Origin: Minutocellus sp. GHC0000111
Taxonomy: Eukaryota
Reading direction: 5' to 3'
Assembly: GCA_977018835.1 (NCBI GenBank)
Contig: OZ361256.1
Span: 3,906,001-3,970,000 of the forward strand
Length of the DNA: 64,000 bases
Shown here: positions 1 to 10,592 of the stretch, piece after piece
Layout: the number at the start of each line of letters is the position of its first letter
Numbering within the stretch: position 1 is the stretch's first letter
Program-made: the position numbers and the translations under genes
The notes under the pieces: generated by a model
What the model saw: the letters and a program-made list of their open reading frames with translations, nothing else
What the model was told of the DNA's origin: nothing
Database searches by the model: none

Positions 1-130
1 TAATTCGATCGATCGCTCCTTGAGATATTCCAGCACATAATCAATCTCTCTCGGAAAGCAAGAAACTCCAACAGTCAAATTCGGAAGAGGAATTCAAATT
101 CGTCCCAAGATATCTACTACAAGCATCAAC

Positions 131-1103
131 ATGTCATCCTCCTACCAATGCCGCCGAGCCCGAAATGCCGGCCCTCGGCACCACCGGCACAGCTCCAGTA
201 GCGCTCGACGCTGCGACTGCTGGTGGCTTCGCCGGCGGCAACCGCAACCGCAGGCGCTGCTCCGTCGCCGACTGCACCAAGCAGAGCCAGGGCGGCCGGA
301 ACAAGCAGATGTGCCGCCTCCACTTCAAGGAGTGGATGGCGGCCAACTCCGACCAGGCCAAGGATTTCAAGAAGAAGTCCCTGGCGGCCGCCACCATGGT
401 CGGGATGGGCGCCGCGGGAGAACGGCTCAAGATGGACGGCGGAGGACAGCGCCGGACGCTCTGCAAGAAGGACGGCTGTCCCAAGCAGAGCCAGGGCGGC
501 CGATGCAACTACATGTGCGCCGCGCACTACAACGAGGAGGTCAAGGCCAACAACGGCGGTGTCATCCCCTCCATCGGCACCGGCGGCAAGCTTTCCGCCG
601 GCAATGTCACCGACGCCGACATCGCCGCCGCCGCCGCTTCTGGTACTACCGCCACCAAAGCTCCCAATGCCAGCGGTGCCAAGAGGAAGTCGCACCATCC
701 GCTGTGCAAGAAGGAGGGCTGCCCCAAGCAGAGCCAGGGCGGCAGGTGCAACAACATGTGCGCCGCGCACTACAAGGAGGAGCTGAAGCAGAACGGTGGC
801 GAAGTCAAATGCATCAGGGTGCCGCCGGCTGCTGCTGCTGCCTCGTCCGGCGGCCGGCCGCGCAAGGTCCGCCGCAATCCCAACGGCGGTCATCATCCGC
901 TCTGCTCCGTGGCGGACTGTCCCAAGCAGAGCCAGGGATCGCGGTGCAACTTCATGTGCGCCTCGCACTACAAGGAAAGTGTCGCCGCCGAGGCCACCGC
1001 CAGCGCTGCCGACACTTCCGCCGCCGAGAGTGCCGCCGCCGAAGCCGTCGCTGAAGTCGTCGCCATGGCCGAGGCGGCCGAGGCGGAAGCAACTTCTGTT
1101 TAG
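131..1103 (+). CDS. Zinc-finger repeat protein (four C-x4-C-x11/12-C-x2-H units, WRKY19-like repeat type); either starts at 165 or is frameshifted just after the ATG at 131
   Basis: Four near-identical units CSVADCTKQSQGGRNKQMCRLH / CKKDGCPKQSQGGRCNYMCAAH / CKKEGCPKQSQGGRCNNMCAAH / CSVADCPKQSQGSRCNFMCASH in the 165..1103 frame. The ATG at 131 has good context (CATCAAC ATG) but is 1 nt out of frame. Confidence 0.75.
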
Positions 1104-1424
1104 ACTCGACACGGATCATCGACTCGATGCCATACGTTGAAAATGTCTTACTAGTCTAGTAGTACGTGTAGCAGGTCGTGCCTACTTTTGAAGAGTCGAG
1201 GCAAGGACGACTTCTCTCCATCTCTCTATCGGTAGCTGAAGACAAGGGAAATGATCTTTCGGCAGCATATCAAGAGTTACGAAAAGAGATTTTAAAAGAT
1301 TAATGTTTTATATAAAGTTAAAGTTAAGTTAATTTTTATCGTTTGCCACTGTATCTAGCTACGTAGCTAGGGCCAAAGGTACGCCGGCATACTAGAGCTA
1401 GCTAGATCGGCACAATATGGTCAT

Positions 1425-4400
1425 TCATTTGTTCGCATCGGCAGGGCTATCAATCCCTTCAACGCATTTTTCCCGAAGCAAATCCAGATGCAATTCCAAC
1501 CCCGTTCGCATGAGGCTGGCCACGGAAACAAAGTTTGGAAGATCATCGGAACCAATCTTTGTCCCGTTAATTGCAACGATGACGTCGCCCGGTTCCAGCC
1601 CGTGACAGTATTTGGTATTCGATCTGCCTCCTACCACTTCCAGAGTCAATGGCCGAGTAGCCGGAGAAGGAGGTGATAATGAAGGCGACAATGATGCAGC
1701 CGCTGCTCCAGAAGATTCGACGCTATGATCTACCACGGATAGTTGCAAATTCCATGGGATTGTCGTGCCCGCCCTCTTGGCCGTTGTGGTTGTTTGGAAC
1801 CACTTACCAAACCTTTTGGGGTCAGCATGATGGGGATCCACGGTAAGTCTCTCAGTGAGCACCCTTTCGTAAAGTGAGACGGATTGTCCGCCATCCATAT
1901 TGTTGGTCTTGCCCTGACTATCTTCAGTATTGGAAGATTTTCCATTCTCACCGCTCTCTTCAGAGTCTCTTGCGGCATGGAAGATGTATTCGTTTGATGG
2001 TTTGTAGTTCCGCTTCCGTGGCGATCTGTGTGATGATGAGGTGCTATTGCCAACAGTTCCAGCACCCTTGCAAAAGAGATCATGCTGTAAAAAGGCAGGG
2101 AGTTTGGTCGGAGTAGAAGGCTTGCTTCCGTTGGTACTCGCACCATCTTTGCCGATGCTATTCCCATTTGTTTCTGCGTCAGGAAGCTGCTTCTTTGTAT
2201 CGGTCGGATCGTGATCGTTAGAGGACTTCTCCAGGATATTGATTGGCCCGAACCCATTCGAATCAGTCAGATCTGAATGTCGGTCACATACAAAACCTCG
2301 CTTTCGACTGTCAAATGTCCAATCGGTCACGTCTTCAGCACACATGAGATGATAGAAACGAGGGCAGTTTTCACGTGAACATTGAATTGTGGCTCCCGAG
2401 CCTTCACACTCGGCACACTGCTTAGCTGCTTCAAAGGCTTCGAACACGTTTTGATATTCTTCTTCCTCTGCGTCATCACCACCGAGACTATCCTCTTCAT
2501 CCTGGTTCATCACACCGCTATCACCGTCGTCTTCACCTACAGGGTCTTCGACGAGAGTTTTCACCACCGTGGTGTGGCGCAGACAATTCGAATGAGCCAA
2601 GATTTGCTTCGCACCCTGGCGGAACGCCAGAAGATCGCCACAGCTACTCGCCGCCCCTCCATCCTCATTTTTGCATAGCGAACAAACAATGGGCGTGTTG
2701 GGATTCTTCAGAGAATAGAATCCTTTCGATATCAGACGGAGTTTCGAAAAGTTGGGTGCATACATACGGTGCAAATCGCAGAAGAAGGCCTTTCCATCGC
2801 GATCGAAGTTCCAGCCGGTATTCTCCGCACATCGAAAGTGGTACGATAAGAGACAAGCGTCGGTCCCAAAGGTGCATCCTATCGTCGCCCCCTTTTGGCC
2901 ACACGAGAGGCACGCCAACTTTGACCCTCGAGCGCATGCGCGGGTCACATTCTTCCAGATACCCTTCTCGAGAGAAACCTCAGGACAGGTCGCGGCGCAA
3001 TTGGAATGAGCAACATTTCTCCGTCCTCCCTTCTGAAATGCCAAAAGCGCGCCCTCTCTCTTTCTATTGCCCGGCTGCAAGCATAAATTGCAGGTCAGAG
3101 CTACGTGTGGATTCTTCTGTCGATAAATGGATATCGGAATCGACATGTCTTCAGCTTGATTGGTCTTGGCAGCGTTTGGCTTTGTGTACTTCAAAACATC
3201 CGCCGCAGCTCGAAGGCCGGAGAGATATGCACCGTGGGCCATCGACGGATGAAGGCTGGTAGTGTGCTCCCCACAAAAAAAGAGACGCATTGTCTCCGAT
3301 TTGTTTACCATGAATGCTTCTCCCTTGGAATTACACGGAGCCTGAAGAAGGAAGTAGTCCTGATCAGAAGTCCCTGGAGGAAGAAATGTGTAGCACCCCC
3401 TCGAAAACTGATCGCCACCCCATCGTGTAATTCGAACACTCGTCGGCGTCGGAACATCCATATCTGAATATAATATCTTCAGCGTAGACATTATGTCATC
3501 GGTAAGCGCTGCATCAGACATTCTCTCAGCCATCACGGCCTCGGAGCCAGAGATCAAGGTCATTAGGATCGCCGGTGGCTCTACATCATCTCGGTTGAGG
3601 GTTCTTCCTACATCAAGAAACATGTAGTGCTGTGCGTTGTGACCCGATGCATTGCCAAAGATTTCACTCCCCTTGCCCAGAAATGGAGTCCCCTCGAGGG
3701 ATGCTCTATCACCCGGCTGACGCCAAAAGGAGGTAGGAAATTGTAGATAAACCTTGTTCAGCAATCCAAAGCCAACATTCTTGATGGAATCTCTCTTGGA
3801 GAACGGCAGCGGTGGTTCGAACGTTAGCCTATCACATGCTTTTGCCGATGGGTCGGACAAAGAGGGATTGGCTGTAGTAGCGGGGGTAGATTTGGATGCC
3901 ACGCTATCCACACTGTCCTTGAGCACTCCAAGAGGAACTGCACAAACCGCAAAGTCGAAGTTGTGACTGGATTTACCATCCATGGAAGTGGCACTGCATG
4001 CGTCCGATAAATCAATACGGGTGGTAGACTTAGAAAACGACGCTTCTGTATCTTGATAGGGGTGAGAGGTACTATTCCGTGCAAATTCCAACTTGCCAAC
4101 TGGAAAGTCCCGAACGATCTTGAAGGCGTCACCATATGCCTCGCATTTCTGAAGTAGATGATCAATGAGTGACGAATACCCCTGCTTGATGTAGACATGA
4201 TCCCCTTCGAACGCATGGGTCTCATCACTATCCCAGAACATCATGCTGAGATCTTTTATGTCCGCTCCAAGCGCATATTGCGCATTCTCACAATACCAAC
4301 GAAGGAGTGAATGCTCTTGCATTGAAAGATATTCGAATTCCTCCCTCCCTCTCATGGCAGCTCCGATAGCATTATCGATGGTAATATCCGTAGACGTTCG

Positions 4401-5942
4401 ATGAGAAGGAGGCGAAGTCCTCGGGGGATCAGACTGCTCGCTGCCAGTATCCTTCCCGAGGACAGAGCCGTACCAGCGACATACTTTTTGAGCGGCCTTT
4501 GATCTAACAACGCTGGCACTCTCCTCTCGCTTCCAACACTCAGCAGCACCCTTATCTAGCAAAGAATCAAACAGATCGCCCATCTTATCATCAACAGACC
4601 GATCAATCTCCTTCATACCAGCCCCAAGCATCTTGACATCCTCAATGCTTGTGATCAGATCGACGTTTGCTTCTCTTGAAAGCGCTGTGAGCGGATTGTC
4701 CGTCACGCCGTGGATCCACGAAGCTCCCATGTCAACGGCGACCGGAGACCCATCCGATTTCTGGAAGGAATCGGGATCAGTAAGCAAACGCCCACCGATG
4801 CGATCCCGGGCTTCGAGAAGAATAACTTCCATGTTGAGTCCTTCCGACTTGGACAGACGGAGTAATTCATGAGCACATGCTAAGCCAGCGATACCGCCTC
4901 CAATGACTCCAACGCGGAAGCACGTCCGTTGATCCATCGGTAGTAAGGCTTCTACAGACGCAGCCGATGTCGCTGAGATTCCGCCACCCTTCTTATCAGG
5001 CTTGATATTAAGCATGTTCATGATTTGGCTTTGTCCACACTCTAGATTGGCAAGTGGGTACCATGGAGGAAGAGAAGTATTCCGAAGGAATGCATCCATG
5101 CCCATTGAAAGGCGATAGCTTCTTGTTCCGTGAGATTTGCCCATGGTAACGCCATCCATGATTCCACGAGAATCCTCAAAATGGTAGTAATATTTGCCAA
5201 CCCAGCCTCCTCCAGAACGACACGCATCCTGAATCAGCAGTGCCTTTTCCCTGTCATCCTCTGAAGCAGCCGATATGGATGCGTATGTTGCGACAAGTTC
5301 TCGGTATGGCTGGCCGTTGGTGTTGTCGGCAAAAGACCCCTTTGGCTCTATCAGCCGAAGCTTCTCGACCGGTTTATTATCATCCTCCAACACAATGTTT
5401 TCCGAAGAATTCTTCCCACCATCACTGATATCAGTTCTTTGTCTCTTTGCATTAGGTTCTTGTGCTTCGGTGACGGTATTATCATCAGCATCGTCTTCAG
5501 ATGTTGTGTCCTGAGTTCTAACAGATGCCAAGGACTTCATTCGATTGTTCAATTCAAGCGAGTTGGCCTCGTTGGTGAAATGCTGTTTAGTTGCCGCTTT
5601 CAGCGCTTCTTGATCGAAGAGGACGCCGTAATACCTTCGATTATGAATCAAAGCCGATACGTAACAACCATCTCCTGAAGCTGCAGCTGCCCCACCACTT
5701 GATGCCGATGCGCCACCACTATTATTACTATTATTCGATGTGGACTTACTATCACCATGTTCTGGGAGGTGTAAAGAAAATATATCTTCACAGGTCACAT
5801 CGTCTATGGACGTATTCTTTCGTGGTTTGCCACGTCTACCCCGTTTCCGGGTTGACCTGCCACCATTATCACCCTGTTCAGTTATAGAATGGGGCAAGAA
5901 AGGCGTATTGGGTGGGCAATCGCCGCCGCGGTAACAGTTCAT
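1425..5942 (-). CDS. Flavin amine oxidase (LSD1/KDM1-like) with two extended PHD (zf-HC5HC2H-type) domains and a C-terminal PDZ-like domain
   Basis: GVIGGGIAGLACA...LEARDRIGGR, DMGASWIHG, TRWGGDQFSRGCY and FCGEHT...AHGAYLSGLRAA match amine oxidases. CLSCGQKGATIGC...YHFRCA and CAECEGSGATIQC...YHLMCA match ePHD. GLEPGDVIVAING matches PDZ. Uninterrupted 1505-aa ORF. Confidence 0.85.
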   Translation of the reverse strand: MNCYRGGDCPPNTPFLPHSITEQGDNGGRSTRKRGRRGKPRKNTSIDDVTCEDIFSLHLPEHGDSKSTSNNSNNSGGASASSGGAAAASGDGCYVSALIHNRRYYGVLFDQEALKAATKQHFTNEANSLELNNRMKSLASVRTQDTTSEDDADDNTVTEAQEPNAKRQRTDISDGGKNSSENIVLEDDNKPVEKLRLIEPKGSFADNTNGQPYRELVATYASISAASEDDREKALLIQDACRSGGGWVGKYYYHFEDSRGIMDGVTMGKSHGTRSYRLSMGMDAFLRNTSLPPWYPLANLECGQSQIMNMLNIKPDKKGGGISATSAASVEALLPMDQRTCFRVGVIGGGIAGLACAHELLRLSKSEGLNMEVILLEARDRIGGRLLTDPDSFQKSDGSPVAVDMGASWIHGVTDNPLTALSREANVDLITSIEDVKMLGAGMKEIDRSVDDKMGDLFDSLLDKGAAECWKREESASVVRSKAAQKVCRWYGSVLGKDTGSEQSDPPRTSPPSHRTSTDITIDNAIGAAMRGREEFEYLSMQEHSLLRWYCENAQYALGADIKDLSMMFWDSDETHAFEGDHVYIKQGYSSLIDHLLQKCEAYGDAFKIVRDFPVGKLEFARNSTSHPYQDTEASFSKSTTRIDLSDACSATSMDGKSSHNFDFAVCAVPLGVLKDSVDSVASKSTPATTANPSLSDPSAKACDRLTFEPPLPFSKRDSIKNVGFGLLNKVYLQFPTSFWRQPGDRASLEGTPFLGKGSEIFGNASGHNAQHYMFLDVGRTLNRDDVEPPAILMTLISGSEAVMAERMSDAALTDDIMSTLKILYSDMDVPTPTSVRITRWGGDQFSRGCYTFLPPGTSDQDYFLLQAPCNSKGEAFMVNKSETMRLFFCGEHTTSLHPSMAHGAYLSGLRAAADVLKYTKPNAAKTNQAEDMSIPISIYRQKNPHVALTCNLCLQPGNRKREGALLAFQKGGRRNVAHSNCAATCPEVSLEKGIWKNVTRACARGSKLACLSCGQKGATIGCTFGTDACLLSYHFRCAENTGWNFDRDGKAFFCDLHRMYAPNFSKLRLISKGFYSLKNPNTPIVCSLCKNEDGGAASSCGDLLAFRQGAKQILAHSNCLRHTTVVKTLVEDPVGEDDGDSGVMNQDEEDSLGGDDAEEEEYQNVFEAFEAAKQCAECEGSGATIQCSRENCPRFYHLMCAEDVTDWTFDSRKRGFVCDRHSDLTDSNGFGPINILEKSSNDHDPTDTKKQLPDAETNGNSIGKDGASTNGSKPSTPTKLPAFLQHDLFCKGAGTVGNSTSSSHRSPRKRNYKPSNEYIFHAARDSEESGENGKSSNTEDSQGKTNNMDGGQSVSLYERVLTERLTVDPHHADPKRFGKWFQTTTTAKRAGTTIPWNLQLSVVDHSVESSGAAAASLSPSLSPPSPATRPLTLEVVGGRSNTKYCHGLEPGDVIVAINGTKIGSDDLPNFVSVASLMRTGLELHLDLLREKCVEGIDSPADANK

Positions 5943-6342
5943 AACAAATGGTAAGAAGAAGGCACATAATACTCAATACTCAATAAAAACGGACCATCGC
6001 GACCGCACAAATCTTTTACGATAATATCACCGATTCGACATAAACCGGTCTGAAGCGATTAAACCAAAAAACATATGAGGTGAACGAACAATTCATTCAA
6101 TTTACTTACGTCGACGGAACTCGACATGCCGCTAAAATTATTGGACTTTATGACTCAGAGAAAATCCGGTGTGCTTCGAGTACCTTAGCAGAGTAAATCA
6201 ATCAATCAGATGGCACTATAAAGACAATATGAGACCACTTTAGGGATTCTAATGGTCGTCCTAACAACACCCCGTGGGACCTTTATGCCACGGCGGCACC
6301 GACGGGGTGGAGATTGGTCCGGCGTTGCGTTGTTCGTGCGCG

Positions 6343-8945
6343 CACAGCCCCATCTCGTCTTGTTTCGCCGGTCGGATGAAGCGTTTTTCGGCAGAAGACG
6401 AACACGTCACGAAGAAACCCACCAAAACCCAATCTCGTTCGTCACCCATTCTTTGACAGTCCAACACCATGGTGGTCCGTCGGCGTTGCGCCGGCGCATA
6501 ACTATATTTTCGTACCAAATACGCATTCATTATCATGTTTGGATATAGTTGAAGCTTACTGTATCCTCAGATTGGCCTCCGCTGCGTATCAACGCCACGA
6601 ACCATCGGCCTGCTTTTCCTCCATCTGTCGGCCGTTCGTTTCTCTGGGGTGGCACCATTGCTCCGTCTTTGTGCTCGTCGTGCTCCCGTTGTGATGCCCC
6701 AGACCCTCTGGTACTTTCCCACGTTGTTGTTGATGATAAACTGCCGGGATTGCGCCGCACCCCCCGCATGACCGACTCTCGCTGATCCCGACCTATCGCA
6801 TCCCCACTCGACCTCCCGGAATTCCGACAATAATTTTGCGCCCGAGAGGAGACAGACAGTGTTGGGATAAGTTTATGCAACAATCAACCCGACAAAGGGA
6901 CTTTTTGGTCTGGGAGACAAATGGGTGAGTTAAGAAGGACGTGATGTGTTTGTTTGGGTGTACTGTTTGCTTTTTTGCTCAATTGCGACACTGTTTGTAA
7001 AAGTTGGATTGTGCAATTCATTTGTCATTGTGTAGCAGCAGTGTAATTTCATTTTCTAATTTTATACATGCCCTGCTCCCATCTCTACATCCTCATCTCC
7101 ATCGGTGGCCATCATGATCATTTGTTGGCGCTTGTCATCAGTTTCTGCTTTAACAGCTTCGGTCCTTGTCCTTTTCCTTGTTCTTGCCACCCGAGAGTTT
7201 CGCTCCCGCCTCTCCTCGACCTTTGGATTGGATGCCCTCTCCTCAGCCTTGAACTGCGCCGTCTGTTGGGCCTCATGTCCCTTGACGCCCTGAGTCCGAC
7301 GATCTTCCTTAACGCCCTCTTGGTGGGCTCGCTCTACAAACGATTCGTCGAGCCAATAGATGCCGCCCCATCCATTCTTCACTAGCCAAATGTGTTGGTC
7401 CAAGATGTGATCTTCGAGTAAGTGCCACTTGGGCGTTGTGCTAATGCCGATTGCCCGTGCTTGCTTGAGGGCACTTGCAATCAATGCTTCAAGCTCTTTC
7501 ACAGCCTTCTTTGCCTCATCATCCCATTTCATGTGCCATTTCAGAAACCTGGAATATGTTGCGTCAAGAGTGTGGAGCAAATTAGAGCAAGCTTTGCAGA
7601 GCTCTTTGATGTCGTCATCCGTCATGCCATCTTCCTCGCGATTGTGCTCTGTAGGAGAGTTCCTTTGGTGGAGGTGTTGTGGTGGCTGAACTCTGTTGTC
7701 CTTGGTTTCTTCTTGTTGTTGCCATCAGAAACATTAATAGATAAAAAGCTCTCCAGCATTCTGCCAGCACTGCCCTTATTTTACCTGAGTCGGCCGCCTC
7801 AATGCCGGCCTTTTTCAGGAAATGGAAGTGAGGGGCATCGTCATCCTCGGCATCATCGACAGCTCCCATCTCTGGCTCGCCATCACCGTGCTTCTGACGA
7901 TTCTTCTCAAAGTGCCACTGCTGCATGTGTGCTTCATGTGTAGCGTCCTCTCTTGCAATATCAGCTTCGTCCTCATAACAGGGCACATAGTCCTCGTCTT
8001 CGTCGTCATCGTCCTCACTGATCTCGCCGGCCTCCGTCGTGGTCAGGGTGCCCACCGTCCCAACATCGTCGTCATTGTCCCACCCATCGTCCTGGCCATT
8101 GCACCCACCAAGGAACTTCTGGGCCTCGAGCAACATCTGCCTGTTGATTTCGTAGTCCATCGCCGCATGTCCCACCGATATATGTGGTGCGACCGACTTG
8201 AGGAATGCATTGCATGCCTTCGTCAAATTGAGCCGCGGCGGCGGCATTTCGAGGCGAAATTGTTGCTCGACCGTGACCATGTCGAAAGCCATCCATCCAT
8301 CATCATGGAGAGCGTCGGCTGCACGAGGATTGATAGAACCGAGGCGAACAAATATGCTCCTTTTGTATGGGGTTCGCTGAACGTCGTCGGCAAGGCAGTG
8401 TCTTGATGCCATTTCATCCCATCCATTCTGGTTGTCTGTCCTCACAAAAAAAACACATCGCAGTCTTCGTGTTTCTTCTTCTTCAAACCCAAGATGCCCA
8501 CAGTGTACATGACGGCGCCGTACATGATGGGACTGCATCCCAACACATTCATCAAGGAGTCGTTGTTGCCGATGAAATTGTAGTAATGAAGTTCCTTTCT
8601 GCGAAGACGGACGAGTAGTTCAGCCAGGGCGTCCTGCACCGCAATTCTGTCTGCGGTGTTGACCGCGGGATTGCGGCAGTTATTTTTTTTGCTCATGGAG
8701 AATTATGGATCGAGACCAACGGGAATATCACCAGGATGTCGGGAGTACCTGGTTGGTCTCGTGCCGTAATTCTCCCACACCAGCGCGAGATATCGCCTTC
8801 GTTCTGCACGTAGCGGCGGCAATTTGAATTTTTGCCGCCATGGTGGCTCGCGTTGGGCGCGCCGGTCGGTTGCTTCGCGCGCCGGCCGGCCACCGAAAGT
8901 GCGACCAAAAGTATGCGAGTCATCCGGCTGGCAGATGGTGCTGTG
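6343..8945 (-). mobile_element. Decayed cut-and-paste DNA transposon of the Chapaev/Transib/RAG-like group, with asymmetric terminal inverted repeats
   Basis: Left end CACAGCCCCATCT-cgtcttgtttc-GCCGGTCGGATGA (6343-6379). Right end read inward CACAGCACCATCT-GCCAGCCGGATGA (8945-8920). CGCG on both flanks (6339-6342, 8946-8949). Internal ORF has TPKWHLLEDH...DESFVERAHQ. Confidence 0.7.
7062..8696 (-). pseudogene. Fragmented transposase-derived gene: N-terminal part (8696 down, frameshift at A8 run 8446-8453), acidic linker, probable intron 7784-7649, and a C-terminal H-x4-H / E-x3-E-x2-HQ segment
   Basis: A GT..CAG intron joins ...EAADS to EHNREEDGMTDDDIKELCK in frame. TPKWHLLEDH and LDESFVERAHQEG resemble the terminal catalytic-Glu region of Chapaev/Transib/RAG1 transposases. 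No clear first two catalytic Asp segments seen. Confidence 0.6.
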
Positions 8946-9143
8946 CGCGTTGTCGAGTTGAGTTCGTCTGTCCGTCCCCATGCACAAACAAAGAGTGAGG
9001 AAGTGAGGCAGAAGAGCCGGAAGAGAGGAACTGACTGCAGAACAAAAACAAAGCACCTGGTATTTTTTGAAGCAGCGATCGACCCCGTTTGATGTACATG
9101 TAGGCCTACTGTTGATGTTGGTGATCAGTCGGCCAATGGATCA

Positions 9144-10592
9144 ATGACCATCATAACTCGAGCCTTGGAAGATGCTGCCGATGCATCTTCTGGCGACTAC
9201 CAACCGGCATCTGTGGCGTTCCTTTCCGCAGGTGCCATCTGGGTCGTCATTGTTGTTTGCTTCATAGTCCTTGTTCTGCTGCAGTACAAGAGAGAACGGG
9301 AATATCTCATTGCTTCCGGTCGTGGCCAAGATGTTGACTGGACGGCTTCACTCACTCGATCCATACTGGTCAGTTCGGACAACGTGGCCAAGTCCGATGC
9401 CGACATCAACGTCCGCAAGTCTTCCATGCTCGATGCCAGATATAACTTTCAGACCATATTTCTTGCGCTGGTCCAGGCCTCCATATCGATGGCAATATTG
9501 GGAGGAATACAGTTAAACTTTGGCGCAACGATTCGAATAGTGGTTTATGCCGTGTTGGCATGGACGCTACTGATCGGAGTCATCGCAACACTTTGGATGT
9601 CTTACGTTTCCGAGACCATTGGCGAGAATGCCTTCGCATTCGATGACATCAATGACAATGCTACTGGTAGTAATAGTCGACGCCAAAAACTCTCCAGACA
9701 ACGCGCCAGTAATCCAACAGATACTGTACTCCACAACCTAAAAGATGAGCTGCACGGAAACCCATTACTATTTGCCAAGCATTTCGTCGAAATGAGCTTT
9801 TTCAAGCCTTTGATTAGCACATCTCAGCTTGTTGCCGGTGATATATATCAGGACATCGGAAGGGACGGAAGCCGAACGCTGCTCCTGGGACTTGGGCAGA
9901 TGATACTCCTTTCCATGTATGCGTTCAATGTCGTTGACGATGGGAAGCCCGACCTGAGCAGTCAGAGACTCTACACTTTCTACTGTTGCGGTATTTTAAT
10001 GCAGATTGCCTACATGTCGGGACAAGATGTGTTATTGAAGAGCATCCACTCTCACTTTTCATTCTGGGGAAATGCACTGCGTGCAGCGCGAATGAATAAT
10101 TCCTATTGCTGGGAACCGCCATCATATCTAATGTATCATCGACCCCACATGGTATTGACATCCGGCAGTGTGAGAGGCTTTTCAAACGAAGCTACCATTC
10201 GGCTGTCGTCCAATTCGCTATTCCTTTGGCTCCGATTCCTTTGTTCAACAATCATCAATGTCGGTGGCCTGAATGTTATCACTCTATTGCTTCCACTGTA
10301 GTTGGCTTCCAACGATGATCCACTTAATTTCGTCATGACCAGTGTCGGAGCGTACTACATTTTGGGTATCGATGACTATGGAGAGCCGATCCGTTACAAT
10401 TTGGTCATGCAAAATGATGTGCCTGTCGCTAAGAACATGACAAGCCATAGATCTGAGGATGGTGGGCTTTTCCCGGAGAGAGTGGAAATGACCAGCATTG
10501 AAAAACAACAGCAGCGGCAAGGAGCAGAAGCCTTCATCAATGATGGAAGGGCGGCCCATGCACATGCGACGGATTATCGACACATGACGTGA
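9144..10592 (+). pseudogene. Multi-pass membrane protein of unknown function interrupted by an in-frame TAG at 10299-10301
   Basis: Several hydrophobic helices. The frame continues directly across the stop (VITLLLPL*LASNDDPLNFVMTSVGAYYILGIDD) into a further TM-like segment. Confidence 0.6.

Noticed and set aside
126..1112. Long antisense/alternative-frame ORFs (also 25938-27110, 28925-30022, 31257-32336, 53883-55442)
   Set aside because: Shadows of GC3-biased real genes on the opposite strand; no independent motifs.
6338..8950. 5-bp target-site duplication as in Transib/RAG
   Set aside because: The flanks GCGCG and CGCGT match only over 4 bp (CGCG), so a canonical Transib/RAGL assignment is not supported.
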